Both the position numbers and the translations under genes were made by a program. A DNA stretch of 64,000 nt, taken from NCBI GenBank assembly GCA_016748015.1, contig JAAOMT010000322.1, forward strand, positions 1 to 64,000. Direction: 5' to 3'. This document shows positions 50,887 through 64,000 of this stretch, one piece after another. The notes beneath the pieces are model-generated. The model made no database searches. It saw only the letters and a program-made list of their open reading frames with translations, and was not told where the DNA came from. The stretch comes from Geosiphon pyriformis uo1. Taxonomy: Eukaryota > Fungi > Glomeromycota. How positions within the stretch are numbered: position 1 is the stretch's first letter; each line of letters starts with the position of its first letter.

Positions 50887-51977
50887 TTATTCACTATCAG
50901 AACCATAATTTCCAAGTAAAGAGATCAATGACGATGTTATCGGGATTGATTTTGAATCTGTAGTATTCGTCAAAGGTTTTGCTACTAATGAATTTGTTGA
51001 TGATTTTGGTGCAGTTTTTGTTTTTGATATTTCTGGTGGATTTTCTAAAACGTATGATTTTTTCTTGATTCCTAAATTTGTATCAAAATCCAATATTTTA
51101 CGTTTTTTGACGATAGGGGTGCTAAAATCAGGCAAAGATAAGCTCCTCGCTTCTTCAGAAAGTAATTGATCGAGCTCAGGTTCCTGTTCTTGAATAGCTC
51201 TCCTGACCGATATTCCGACACTATCACGGAATATAGCTTTTGCAACTTTAGTATCTTCTTCTTCGACTAATTCTTCTTCAGTTTTCTCTTGTAATTCATC
51301 CTCTTCGACTAGTTTATCCAGCAAGGCACCAGCGTCAACACGCTCATTACGAGCATTCCTCGTTCGTATCTCATCTAGAGCATCAAGGATGTCCATCTCT
51401 CTTTTAGAGTCGAGAGTACGATTCTCTAATGCTTTCATCGGATTATTTTCTTCTTCAAGTTCTTTCTTTAATTGCTTTTCTTCACCAGCAATGCGTTCTT
51501 CACGCCAAGGCTCAAAGTTACGTGAGGCACCATGCTCCGCAATATAATCCGTATTTTTGGGATCAGTCTTGAATGTAATCTCAGCCGAGCATCGTGGACA
51601 TTTAATGTAGAATCGAAAAATTTTGATAGAGTAATAGGTTTCTCCCTCAACTGTTTCTTTACGAGCATTGAACTTTTTCCCTTTATATATGTACTCTCCA
51701 CAGGTCTCGCAACGCATGGCATAAGGCGTCATTAAGCGAACCTTCAAAAAAAGTGGTTATAATTGATTAGATTAGACTATTAAAAAATTGTCTTGAGCGT
51801 TTGAATACCTTGTGCTGTGCATCCTTAGCCTGCTTCCTTCGTGGGATAGCTATATGAATTGAGTCGAAATTAATTGCTGTTGACAACCTTTAAGATGAAA
51901 TAAATGAAACATACTTCAGTACCAGCAGGATCAAAGTCAGGAGGGAAATATTTGTTCAAAACTTTGCGTTCACTCAT
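50887..51977 (-). CDS. YJU2: Splicing factor Yju2/Cwc16 (CCDC94)
   Basis: [60 protein letters not shown]; two 5' introns. Confidence 0.95.
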
Positions 51978-52203
51978 GGCTTAAAGAAAGAGACGTGAAA
52001 GGAAAATCTGTAGTCAGTTTCAAAGAGATGAATTTTTCAAGTAGTACAGAATGAGCTAGGACTAATAAGGACGGTGACTCAGTCTCACCTTGTTTCATTT
52101 ATTTGACTAGTGTTTTCATCTCACAGTTTATTTAACCAAATTGGTGAATTCCGCTTTTCAATTAACCTTTGAAGTTTTCCAATTCTTTCCTTCTTACCTG
52201 AAA
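51978..52203. promoter_or_regulatory. Short divergent (bidirectional) promoter region
   Basis: 226 bp between head-to-head ATGs; contains TGACTCA at 52075-52081. Confidence 0.55.
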
Positions 52204-53047
52204 ATGGCAGACGCTGATTTTGCTTACGGCGAAACTGAAGGTCCTGGGACTACTTTTCACGAACCACTTTCGCATTCAATTCCGAAATTAAAACCACTAC
52301 CCCAGGTCAAAAATTGTTCACGTTGTGGAAAAAAATTTGGTATAATTAGAACCAAGTATCATTGCAAGAATTGTGGTAAGGCAAGCTGGAAACATGAGGA
52401 GCGGGCGAGACAATTATTATGCTTACTTTTTTCAATTTTAATAGGCAATGTGACTTGCAGCCGCTGTTCGGATAATAGAGCAGACCTTTCCAAGTTTGGT
52501 CTCTTTCGGTCAGTAAAATTTTACATTAGATTTATCAAGCTTTTTTTGTTTCAAGGCATCTTTTCGCGGTTAAAGTCAATCTTCAACTTGTTATAGGCCA
52601 GAAAGAGTTTGTGATCTGTGTAGTCAAGTTTTAAACAGTAAGTGCATACCCAAGCATAGGATCTTAATTTTGACTTTAATTTTGTATTTTGATAATTCTA
52701 TTAACATTATGTTCAAAACTCTAGTTTCCAAAATGGGGCGAAGTGAACTAATGAGTTTGCCAACTAAAACTTTACGAGAGTATATCGAGGCTTTTGATCT
52801 TCCTTCAAAGAACGTTCTGGAAAAAGAAGACTTGGTTTCCATTATTGTTTCGCATAAGCCCATGCCTGAAAGAAATGAAAAATTTTTTAGGGAGAATATG
52901 CCAATCGCAGAGCCCACAACATCACCCGAGAATAACGGGTCGACAGGAAGTCAATCTGCTGAAAATGCAAATCGATCAACCAATAATGATCATACGAGAG
53001 GATCTTCTGCAAGGCCTTATGATTCTAATTCCAATCAAAGAAGAGCC

Positions 53048-53079
<32 letters not shown>

Positions 53080-54058
53080 TACACAAGAAAGAGATCAGCA
53101 ACGAAACAATAGAGAAACCTCTTATCCAGGAAATCAGTCAGCGCAACACCAGAATCAAAATAATCAATCATCATCTCTACCACTCTTCAACTCACAAATA
53201 TTTGAAAATGTCATCGATCAAATTATAGGGCAATTTAGTTCCCAGTCTTCCTCATCCAGAGAATCAAATGGATCTCGAAATACTCAACAAGATACCAACC
53301 CTCCTTCACCACCGATCCCCACTCAACGATATAATTCTACTCAAAATGCTCCAAATTCAATACCACCAATCCGCCCTCAACGATATAATTCTACTCAAAA
53401 TGCTCCAAATTCAATACCACCAATCCGCCCTCAACGATATAATTCTACTCAAAATTCTCAAAATTCATCACGCCCATCCCAGATACACTCAAATTCATTT
53501 TCACCAAATCAAAATCGACCAAGATCAAATCCTACTCCAAGCCAGCCACAAACCAGTTCTCAGATACCTGTAAACAACGACAGCAACAATAGTAATATTC
53601 AAAACAAAATAGATATTTCACATTCACTTGAGGACATTGCAAAAAGCCAAGTTGATATATCCAAACTTTCCAACAAAATCCTGAAACAAATTTTGAAAGA
53701 AAATTGTGTCGACTTTTCTGGAATTGTTGAAAAGTCTGAACTTGTTCAAAAAGTCAATCGTCTAGTAGATGCCACGAAATCAGAAATGTCTGCCAATTTA
53801 AGTTCTCTTGGTGATGATGCTCTTTGCAAGATTTGTTGTGATGCTGTCCAAAATTGTGTAATATTGGATTGTGGTAGGTGGCAATGCTTTACATCACTTG
53901 ACCCTTTGAATTTCAAATTTGGTTGAATAATTTTTTTTTTGATAACAGGTCATATGAGTACTTGTATGGATTGTGGAAAGAAGTTACAAGAGGCGAGGAA
54001 TGAATGTCCAATCTGCAGAGAAACTATCATTAAGCTCATACGAGTTTATCGTGCATAA
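52204..54058 (+). CDS. FYVE-like/SAP-like/RING E3 ubiquitin ligase, RNF34/RFFL (CARP)-like
   Basis: CSRC..KYHCKNCG..CSRC..RVCDLC; EKEDLV and GIVEKSELV helical repeats; C-terminal RING CKICCD..CGH..CMDC..CPIC; GT-AG introns. Confidence 0.85.
53309..53467 (+). repeat. Three 54-bp coding tandem repeats (PPIRPQRYNSTQNAPNSI)
   Basis: Units start at 53309, 53363 and 53417. Confidence 0.92.
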
Positions 54059-54365
54059 AAGAATTCAAAATATTGGATTGTATAAGCCAGATATCTCAGA
54101 ATATTACTTAATCGGATACTGAATTTTTAATTGTTTGCAACAAAATCCAATCCAAACAATTTTTTGGAACTGCTAAAGTTTAATTATATTTATTCAGGTT
54201 ATCACAACATGTGAAATATTGCCCCATTAATACAAAAAAGATTTCAAAATTTAATTTGTTCACACCCCCAAGTTTTATTGGCGGCTGTTACGATTATCTG
54301 AAAATAAATTTTTTATTTGTTATAGATGAGCCAGAAATTTGCGACTGATATATCTTTCTTTCGTA

Positions 54366-56804
54366 ATGTGTGGAATTTTAGCACTTTTATTAGCCGATCC
54401 TAGTGCTTCAGCTAGTATAGAGCTATTTGAAGGGTTACAAATCCTTCAGCATAGAGGACAGGTATATTGCCTGGCTTTGTTACTTGTTTCTTGGGGAAAC
54501 ATAATTTTGAATCACCTTGATGGTTTTGACCAAACGTGATTTTCTATATTGAAGTCTCGGGGACAAGTGCATATAGTTATATCTATGTCCTCTTTAGCGA
54601 ACTCTAGATTTTTAATGAGTTTACTTTCTTATATGACTTAAGGACGCTGCAGGTATTGTTACTTGCGGTAACAAAGGTCGTCTTTATCAGTGCAAAGGCA
54701 ATGGAATGGTTCGAGATGTGTTTGATCAACAACATCTACAAAATCTAATAGGAAATCTCGGAATCGGACATGGTATCTTTTTGATCCTTAATATAATAAA
54801 TCAGGTTAAACTCATTTTGGTCCATTCTTACAATTTTTTATAGTTAGATATCCTACAGCTGGGACGTCTTCTCACTCCGAAGCCCAACCTTTTTATGTAA
54901 ATAGTCCATATGGAATTGTCTTTGGTCATGTAATTGTCATTAAAAAAGTCTTGCGCAATTTCTGCAAAATAAATTGTAATATCATGGTAATGGAGTATAA
55001 TATTTAGAATGGAAACCTTATTAATGCGAAAGAATTAAGAAGGTTTCTCGATTTTAAAGCCCATCGTCATATCAATACTGATTCCGATTCCGAATTGCTT
55101 CTTAATATTTTCGCTGATAATTTGCAAAAGACTGGCAAATCCAGGTAGCTATTCTGCGCTTTTTTGATTTTCATTATTTGATTGTTCTTTCAATCCAATT
55201 TTTTTAATCTTAAAAGGATCAACGAAGAAGATATTTTCACAGCAATCGAAGGTTTATATGAGAAATGTATTGGCGGTTACGCCTGTGTTGCTATGATTGC
55301 TGGTAGGAATCAATATCCTTAAATTTCAATTTCTCAAAAATGAGCTCCTTCAAAATATTTTTGCAAAATAAGGCTTCGGTATCATTGGATTTCGGGATGC
55401 TAATGGAATACGACCAATCTGTTTTGGAAAACGTAAAAATGAACTTGGCGTTGACTACATGTTTGCTTCTGAAAGCGTCGTGCTTGATGCAGCCGGATTC
55501 TCTGAAGTCAAAGACATCGGCCCTGGTAGGCCCTAGGGGCTATTATTGTAATGTCATAGACTTTGCTTTTGATATTATATTTTTCCCTTTTATTTCATAA
55601 TCTCTGCTTTTCTTTATTTCGAAAATAGGGGAAGCATTTATCATTACAAAGCAAGCAGTAACCACCAGGGCTCTGAGGACTCCCCGAGAACTTACACCTT
55701 GCATATTTGAATATGTATATTTTGCAAGACCTGATTCTGTTCTTGACGGGATTTCAGTCTATCGATCGCGTCTTGCAATGGGGGAATACTTAGCAGACCA
55801 AGTTTTGCGGAAGCTTGGCGATAAAATGGATATTGAAGTGGTCATTCCGGTATCTTGAATCCTTTTAAATGGTTGCCTTTTTGTCTGTGAATATCGCATA
55901 ACTATTTCTGAAAACTTTTCACTTTCAATATTGAAAGGTACCTGATACAAGTCGCGTTGCAGCCCTTCAAGTATCATACAAGCTAAATATTATATATCGT
56001 GAAGGCTTCATAAAAAATCGGTATGTTGGTCGTACGTTCATAATGCCTGGGCAGAATTTAAGACGACAAAATGTGAGAAAAAAATTAAATGCAATGGCAT
56101 TGGAATTCTTTGGAAAGAATGTTCTCATTGTTGACGGTAAGCATTTGATTAAATGATATTGGAAAGTTTTATTTAACTTGAGCTCATTTATATTACATAT
56201 TTTTTCTAATGGATAGATTCAATTGTAAGAGGAACTACTTCAAAGGAAATAGTACAAATGGCTCGAGATGCGGGTGCAAAGAAAGTATACTTTGCTTCGT
56301 GTGCACCTCCAATAAGGTTATTTATATCCGATTTATTTCTCCTAGATGTAAAGTATTTTGAGTTCTTTTATATTGAATTACCAAATCCTATCTTTGTCTT
56401 CATTTAGATATCCCAATGTATATGGTATTGATATGCCTTCACGACAAGAACTAGTTGCTTATAATCGTGACGATGATGAAATTGCTTTGGCAATTGGTGC
56501 CGACAAAGTAATCTTTCAGGTAAATGCAATTTGGCTCTCAGTTTGCCACAATCATCTTGTATTAACGTAGAGTCACATCATTCCTCAGAGATTGGAAGAT
56601 CTGATTAAAAGTTGCGATAAATTTAACCAAACCATAAAGGCATTTGACTGTTCGGTTTTTGATGGAAAATATGTCACCCCAGCTGTTACACCCGAATATC
56701 TTGAAATTTTAGAAGCCGCGCGTAACGATTACGCCAAACAATCACGGGAAAATTTAAAAGCGCCAGAAACGATAGGCCTCCACAATAACTATCGATCTTC
56801 ATAA
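54366..56804 (+). CDS. ADE4: Amidophosphoribosyltransferase (glutamine PRPP amidotransferase), intron-rich
   Basis: N-terminal MCGI, LQHRGQ|DAAGI, GH|[23 protein letters not shown]|VPDT, VD|[12 protein letters not shown] loop, [10 protein letters not shown]. Confidence 0.97.
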
Positions 56805-57294
56805 AAGTCATTGCTCAGATTGTTAAATTTCCCATCAAAATTTCGTTAATTATGCTTTAATTTTTCAATAGTCCAAGAAATTTTTTCAAACCCGTTTTTA
56901 ACCTATTTTGGCCAATGGTTTATAATGTGGCCCTTTTTTTATTATCTACAAACTTGGAATGTTGATCGTAAAGCCAATTCACGAGATTCCATAGACCGAG
57001 TTATGGATAAAATAATGAAATTCTGCGTAAAAGTTGATATTTATTCTTTAATTTCTTTTGTCCTCTTCGATTGTGTTGGGTCTTCGTGAACGAGAACAAG
57101 GATACAGAAATGCTTATGTCCTTGCTTTAAAAACTCCGACTGAAATTATTTAGGTGTTTTTGGCCTGTATAAAGTTAAGAAAGGAAATCTGGTATTAGTT
57201 TTACAAGATTGAATTATCATGTGAAATTGATCATATCAGCTTTATCACGGACCGTAAATCAGTCTCATCTGTCCAAGTCTCACTCACTTTGGGA

Positions 57295-58875
57295 ATGTCT
57301 TCACGTCGTGTATCCACTACTCGATCGCGTTCTCACTCTCCGCATGGTCGTCATCGACTTTCTAGTAGAATTCAGGACATTGAAGAGCGGAAAAACAAGA
57401 GTGAAAAGAAGCACAAAGGACATAAACGTCGCCGAGATTCTGACGCCTCCCAAGATGGTTCAGATGATCAAGGCAAACATGCCCAAGCTTCACACCTACG
57501 TATTTATAAAAGGGGAACGTAATGAATAAAGACTTTTTTAAAAGATAAATAACTTGTCTCCATCTTGCTCCACCAAAAAGATATTTCTGAAGACGACTAT
57601 TATTCAAAATCAACCGAATTTCGCATATGGTTGCGCGAAGAAAAAGAAAAGTATTTTGATGAAATGAGTTCTGACCAGACTAGACGATATTTTAGAAGGT
57701 TTGTTCGAGCTTGGAATAAATCCAAATTAGATAGTTGAGTATCAATACAATTTTTACGTAAGATCTTTTGAGCGACCCATCAATTACACGAATACCTTAT
57801 GATTAATCCATTACACGTAGAAAAATATTACGAAGGAATTCGTTCATCACAGATTTCCAGTGCCGAGTCAACACGGTACAAATGGAAGATGAATATAAAT
57901 CAAGATGAATTAGAGACAGTAAAGAATTCCGTTGATAGACTAACTAACATCAAATTCCCCACCGAAGTTCGCGCTCGAGTTGGGGAAGGTGGTGGTGGTG
58001 GTGGTGGTGGTGGTAGTAGTAGTGTTGGTGTTAGCGTTGGTGATAATGATGCACCTAAAGAAGCGAAAAGAAGAATGATTGGTAATATACATAGATTGAG
58101 GAAAATTACAATCTTAATTGTTTTTCTTCCACTTATCATGTGCATTATTAGGGCCCACCATGCCACCTTTACAAAAATATGATGAGCAAGGTAATTCAAC
58201 GTAAGACTTTTTTGAATGAATTCGCACAAATCAAAGTAATAATAATTATAACACTTTCTCCAACTTAGAAATGGATGAAGAAGATCGACAACGTTATGAA
58301 CGGGCTCTGCGGAAAAAAGACTACAAAGATTTCCAATTAACACACGAAACAACCTTGGAAGAATTGGTTCCTAAAGCTACAGGCGAGAAATAAAATATCT
58401 AAATTTTCCTTGAAAGAATTTATCCCTTGATTAATATTTCTCACTCTATGATGGCACGATGCCGGGCGCCAGGCAGAGAGGCTATGATTGAAAAGAGAAG
58501 AGCCCGGAACGCACAATTTCATAGAGAAGTTAGTCCGAATCTTGAAATGAACGACAAAGACTTGATAGGTGGCGATGATTTTCAATCTAGGTTGTTATTT
58601 TGTATTTCTGACAAAAAGAACATTTATTTAACTTAAAATTGAATTTAAGTTGACAACGTTGAATCAATTATAGACTTGAGATGATAAATCGTGGACGTGA
58701 AGCGCGCGAAAAGAGAAAGGATGAACTCAGAGCTGAAAAAGCAATCAACCTAAGAGACAAAGTGGACGCTTATCAATCAAAAGAACGACAAACGCTCGAT
58801 ATGTTTAAACAGATGGCTGAGCAACAACGGAAATCTGGTGGTGGCTTATGGGGCAATCAAATGCGTGATTTATGA
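57295..58875 (+). CDS. Conserved protein with a style cell-cycle inhibitor 1 (SCI1)-like domain, multi-exon
   Basis: RS/K-rich N-terminus; ISEDDYYSKSTEFRIWLREEK..FVRAWNKSKL..KYYEGI matches the SCI1 family motif as I recall it; LEELVPKATGREAMIEK; charged C-terminus. Confidence 0.75.
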
Positions 58876-61086
58876 GCCTTTTAGAAAACTTTGGGCTTGA
58901 ATAAATTATTGATAAGCTTACGTTTCGGAAGTAATAGTTGAATAATTGCAAGCAGCTCTCAAGGGGTTGGGTTTTAGTGGAGTTGGCATTGAATATCCCG
59001 ACTTTTATTTCTGCCTTTTTTTTTACCCCTAATTTTATATTTTTTAACGAGCTTTGATTCCGACACCTGAATTCTTTGGATAAAATGTGTGACTATAATT
59101 GATTACAAAAATCTCTAATTGCAGCTTTTAATAATCAACATTAATAATAATAAAAATAATTAATACTTATTGAAAAAAAAACAGTTTTATTTAGTTTATA
59201 TCACAAAATAAGAATTTTGATAAAATAAACTGAAAAGTAATAATTAATCAAATTAAAAAATTTTGCTATTAAAAATTGTATATATATAATTATTAGTAAT
59301 TAATAATTAAATAATTTAAAAAAACAAAATAAATAATTGTATAAATTGGTTAACAAAAAAAATCAAATCTTTTATTTAAAAAAACCATTCAGGATAAATG
59401 CAAAATTTACTTAAATTTTTAATATAAAAACACACTATCTTTGTGCTAAAAAACAACTTTTATCATAATTTTTAATATTAGTAAAAAAATTTTAGAAAAA
59501 AATATTTATAATTATATATAATATACTAATAATATTGTTTTTAATAATTTATATAATTCAAATATAATAAAAAAAAATCAATAAAAATTTACATAAAATA
59601 CTTAAAATTTAAAAAACAATATTAAATTATATAGAGTATATTAGATAAAATAAATATTTAATAATATATTATTTTATGATTAAATGTTTTTCTTTAAAAT
59701 TTTAATGTTATTTGATTATAATTACTAATACTGTAAAAATTAATTAAAACAAAAAAATTTAACCAGTATATTTTTTTACTTTTTTATTAATTTTAAAAGC
59801 TAATATTTTTTGCTTTTTAATAATTAAGTTTTTTTATAAATAAGTTAATTCTTGGTTTTTGTATATTTTTTATTTTTTATAGTATTTGAATTTTAAACAG
59901 TAAAATTATGAATTTTTACTTATTGGACAATTTGAATATTATAACATATACTAATAATAATATTGTATTATTTAATATAAAAAAATTTATATATTTAAAT
60001 ACATAAACAATATATTTTTTATTTATTATAAAAAAAATTGGGCCAATTTAAATTTAGTATATATTTATATATAAAAACAATAATAAGTTTATTTTTAGTA
60101 TTATAAATTACTATTAAAATAGTATTAATTTTATATATCTTTTTTTTTATATTTATGTTTTTTAAAAACTTTTTTTATTTTATTAATACATTTAATCTTC
60201 ATAAAATTTTCGAATATTTTAATTATTTAATATTTTAAAAATATTTAAACAGTATATAATATTTGATGTTTAAATTTTTTAAATACTATAGCTTTATTTT
60301 TAACTTTATTATTTTATTTTTATAAATTCAAATATAAACTGAAACTATTCAAAAATAAAATTGAATTTTATCTTAAAAATTTTTAAAATATTATTAATTT
60401 TAAAATTAATCTTAATATAAAAGTTATTTAATTAATATAAATTAGTAAGTATAATTTTTTTTTCATAATATAAATAAAAAATTAATAATATAATAAAAGA
60501 CTTTTAATTTTTTTGTTATTTAAGTTTTAAAATAAATTATAAAACTGATGTTTTTTGAAGCATTAACAAACTTTGAACTTATTTAATATTTAAAAATTTA
60601 AATTAATTTGGCATTAATTTTGTTAAAACTTTGATAAATTTTAAATTTATTTAATATTTAATAAAATTAAAAACAATTAAAGATTTTTTGATTAAAAACA
60701 TTACTGATTTTTAAATTTTTTTCAAAATCTTAATCCAATTATTAATTAGTAAAAATATAGAAAAATAAACATATATCAATTATTAATTTATATTTACAAA
60801 TTTTGTTTTGAGAAATACTATTAAAAAAAATATTCATATAATTTGCAATATTAAAATTATATCAAAAAAAACAAAAAACTGATAATTTTTTTAAATTATA
60901 TATTATATATTAAAATATTATTTAATATAATATTTTTGTTAATATTAATATAGTAATTTTAATTTTTTTTTCTGATTAAATTGTTGTACTTTAGTTTTTT
61001 ATTTTTAATGTTAATTAAAAAATAGAAAAGTAAATAAAATTAAGTTATTATTTAATTTTAATAATATAGATAATAATATAGATAAT

Positions 61087-61087
61087 G

Positions 61088-61128
<41 letters not shown>
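61087..61128. repeat. (AAT)n microsatellite
   Basis: Directly visible. Confidence 0.9.
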
Positions 61129-61129
<1 letters not shown>

Positions 61130-62652
61130 TGTTTTTATTAAATTATTATTAAAAAAAAGAAAGTTAATTAAAAAATAATTAAATCATAAGCTTATAATAT
61201 TTAATTAAAATAAAAAATAAAAATAATAAAAATAAAAATAAAAACTTTTTAAAAAACAATATATATAAAAATAACTACTAAAAAATTGTAAATAAATTAG
61301 ATAAAAAATAATATATAAAAAATAAAAAGTTAATTTATAACGTTTTTTATCATATTTTATAAAATTTTAAATTGTTTTATTTACTAAAATAACAATATTT
61401 TAGTATTTATAATGTTTTTTATAAATTAATTATATTTTAATACTAACAATATACTGTTATATTTTAAACAAATATGTTAAAATTAAATAGTAAATTTAAA
61501 TTTAAATATAATTCAAAATATAATTATTATAATATATAATTAATATAGTATTTTAATTTTTTATTTTAATTAATTTATTAAACTTTAAATAAAAGTTATT
61601 ATTAATATTATAACTTAAGATTTTTTGAAAGTTTTATAAGAATATAAACTGATTTAAAATATGGTTTTTGTTTTTTAATATATATATTAAAATTATTTTT
61701 TTTAAATATAACTAAAAGCTATTTGTTAAATTATTTATGTATTTCTAGATTGTTGATTTAAATAATATAAAAATAGCCAACTTATTTAATAGTACAAAGC
61801 AAAATAAACTTAAGCATATAATTAAAACAACAATATTTTAATTTAAAGATAAAACTTATAATTATAAAAAATATATTAATATTAAATAAATAGAGAATGT
61901 AATATGAAACTTGTGAGTATTTATTTTTGTGTTTACATAAATTTTAACAGCATATATATATACCAAAACTGTTTACAGCTTAATAAATATTGAAAATTCA
62001 GTTTAAAGATTACAAAAAGCTCATCCAAAAGATTAGTATAATGTAAATATATGAGTACTTATTGTTAATTGTGCTTTTAAAAATCAATATAACATAAAAT
62101 TAATAAAATAAATACTATGAAAAATAAATAAATAGCTAAAAAACTAAGAAATCTTAAAGAATATGCCAAGATTTGGAATAAAAAAAACAAAACACAAGAA
62201 ATAATTAGATTAAAAAAAGAGATTCAACTATAATATTTTTTTACAACTAATTTTAGCCATCTTGGCTACAGCCAGGATAACAGCAATAGTATGCTGAATG
62301 TTAATAAAAAGACCTGCCAAGAGACAAAAAAAATAGTGTTTTTTCAATTACCAAAGACACAATTGTTTGATGTTTACTTTGTTTGGTTTTGTTGCAACAT
62401 GCCCCATATTATATTGCAAGTTTTTTGTCATCAAAATGGTTTTACAAAAAAATCAATAAATTAAAAAAATAGAGTGTAATTAAAAATGTAATCTTTGTAA
62501 AAAATCACAATCATTTTTCTTAAATTACAATTAACCAAAAAGTAAAAATGCTTTTTTTAATTCTAGTAAAGTTAATAAATGATTTTAATAAAAAAATAAA
62601 TAAATACAAAGTTATTCTCAGCTATTCGAAGTGGTTGGACTAGATGCTTTAC

Positions 62653-62693
62653 TTCGGATAAGTGAATATTCGAATAAGTGAATATTCGGATTA
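62653..62693. repeat. 16-bp tandem repeat TTCG(G/A)ATAAGTGAATA, ~2.5 copies; possible DNA-transposon subterminal repeat
   Basis: Units at 62653, 62669 and 62685. Confidence 0.6.
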
Positions 62694-62949
62694 TTGAAAC
62701 TTTTTGATTATTTAAAATTATCTATAAAATTAAAATCAAATTTGAATAATTAAATATATAAAATTATAAATTTAATATTTGATCATTTATTCAAGATAAT
62801 TTAAAAAAAAAGAAAGTGAATGCAGAAGTTGTTAAGAATATAAATTTTTTTTTGTTGATTAATATATAATAAAGTATTCATAATATAATTAATTGCTTGT
62901 GTATTTTTAATGAAAGAAAAGAAAAGATTCATTTTAATCTTTATTGTTT

Positions 62950-63560
62950 CAAAAAGCTTGTATGATTTTTTTATCAGATAAATTTTCGAATGTAATAAAT
63001 TTTACATCCATACTGATCCAATTTTTGCATTTTCAATCAATATTGGAAGTAATAGATTCCATTTGATTGAGTTTTGAGTTAATTGTTGAGAATGAAGAAT
63101 TTGTTTTTTTTTAACAATGTTAAATGGTTATAACAGTAACTTTTTGTCATGATAGCTAGCTGGGAAAAAGACAAATACCTTGGAGAGTTTTTCTTTTTTC
63201 CTATAAAGTATAGAGGTAATAATATTTACTGCCTTAATTTCAATTTTGTTTTCTTTCCATTGGGATTTCTATTATTTTTAGAAATTCCAAGTCATAATAT
63301 TTCCCGGCTTATGATCAATCATTGTGATACAGTTTATTTCGACTGGCATAGTAAAAGACAATTGATCTTTAAGTGTTTCCAAAACTTCTTTTTCGAGAAA
63401 TTTATATTTAGTTAGATAGCGATATTCATAATCTTCTAATAGATAATAAAGAGGAAATCTTTTTACCTGCATGAATTCTTTCTTTTCCTTCTAAAGCATT
63501 CAAACGAATGAACGAAGAAACCAAGAATAAATTAATGAATAATTAATCTTTGAAAAAAAT
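62950..63560 (-). pseudogene. Possible decayed gene for a secreted protein
   Basis: Higher complexity than flanks; hydrophobic N-terminal stretch (LFINLFLVSSFIRLNA); 64-aa ORF 63278-63472 continues past stops; no diagnostic motif. Confidence 0.25.
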
Positions 63561-63637
63561 TTCCCAGAAAGCAAAAAACCACGTATTCCCCTTTTAGCTT
63601 CGTTGTACTCTGCATTTTTCACAAAATTATTATCGAT

Positions 63638-63638
63638 G

Positions 63639-63724
<86 letters not shown>
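63638..63724. repeat. (AAT)n microsatellite
   Basis: About 28 units. Confidence 0.95.
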
Positions 63725-64000
63725 CTTTATCCGGTTGATTAAATGTGGTTCTAAAAAGATTCTTTTAAAAACAAATATATATTTTAGATGTGTTTTTTAT
63801 TAAAAAAAGGGTTTTTAAATATGAAAAGTTTAATGAAAATCGTATAAGAGAAAGGGAAAGGAAAAGGAAAAAAGAAAAGATATAATGATTGAGCAAAAAT
63901 TTTTCGTAATTATTTACAATTTTTAATGTTTAAAAAAAGCAATTTTCTTAAATAAAAGTAAAAAAACTTAATATTTTAAGAGAAAACCATTTAGTTAGTT

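Noticed and set aside
54366-56804. Bacterial purF or endosymbiont contamination
   Set aside because: Many spliceosomal introns and eukaryotic neighbours; ordinary fungal ADE4
1-64000. tRNA or rRNA genes
   Set aside because: None recognised by eye; tRNAscan-SE or Infernal would be needed to exclude them

Overview
Very AT-rich eukaryotic DNA with spliceosomal introns. It is most likely a Glomeromycota fungus; the LINE ORF1 proteins resemble ones I recall from Geosiphon pyriformis (inference from memory, not a search). About 45 kb is a nested transposon graveyard: a near full-length pseudogenised LINE (APE-RT-RNaseH, ~5065-11911), several much more decayed LINE copies, a pogo/Tigger element carrying ~2.2 kb of extra cargo, a Tc1 relic, and a young Ty3/Gypsy element (28752-36493, TCAT target-site duplication) inserted into an old LINE. 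The Gypsy polyprotein carries a Cys/His-rich insert and a dUTPase after the protease, and an intact extra 222-aa ORF lies between integrase and the PPT. A TLDc pseudogene and an intact TKL-type kinase sit among the TEs. A compact island (47.9-58.9 kb) holds SIR2, YJU2, an RNF34/RFFL-like FYVE-RING ligase, ADE4 and an SCI1-like gene. The two most interesting signals are the accessory-gene Gypsy element and a graded C>T/G>A erosion confined to repeats, whose context goes beyond CpG and appears to spare purine-C-pyrimidine sites. N gaps hide the Gypsy RT/RNase H and most of the 3' LTR.
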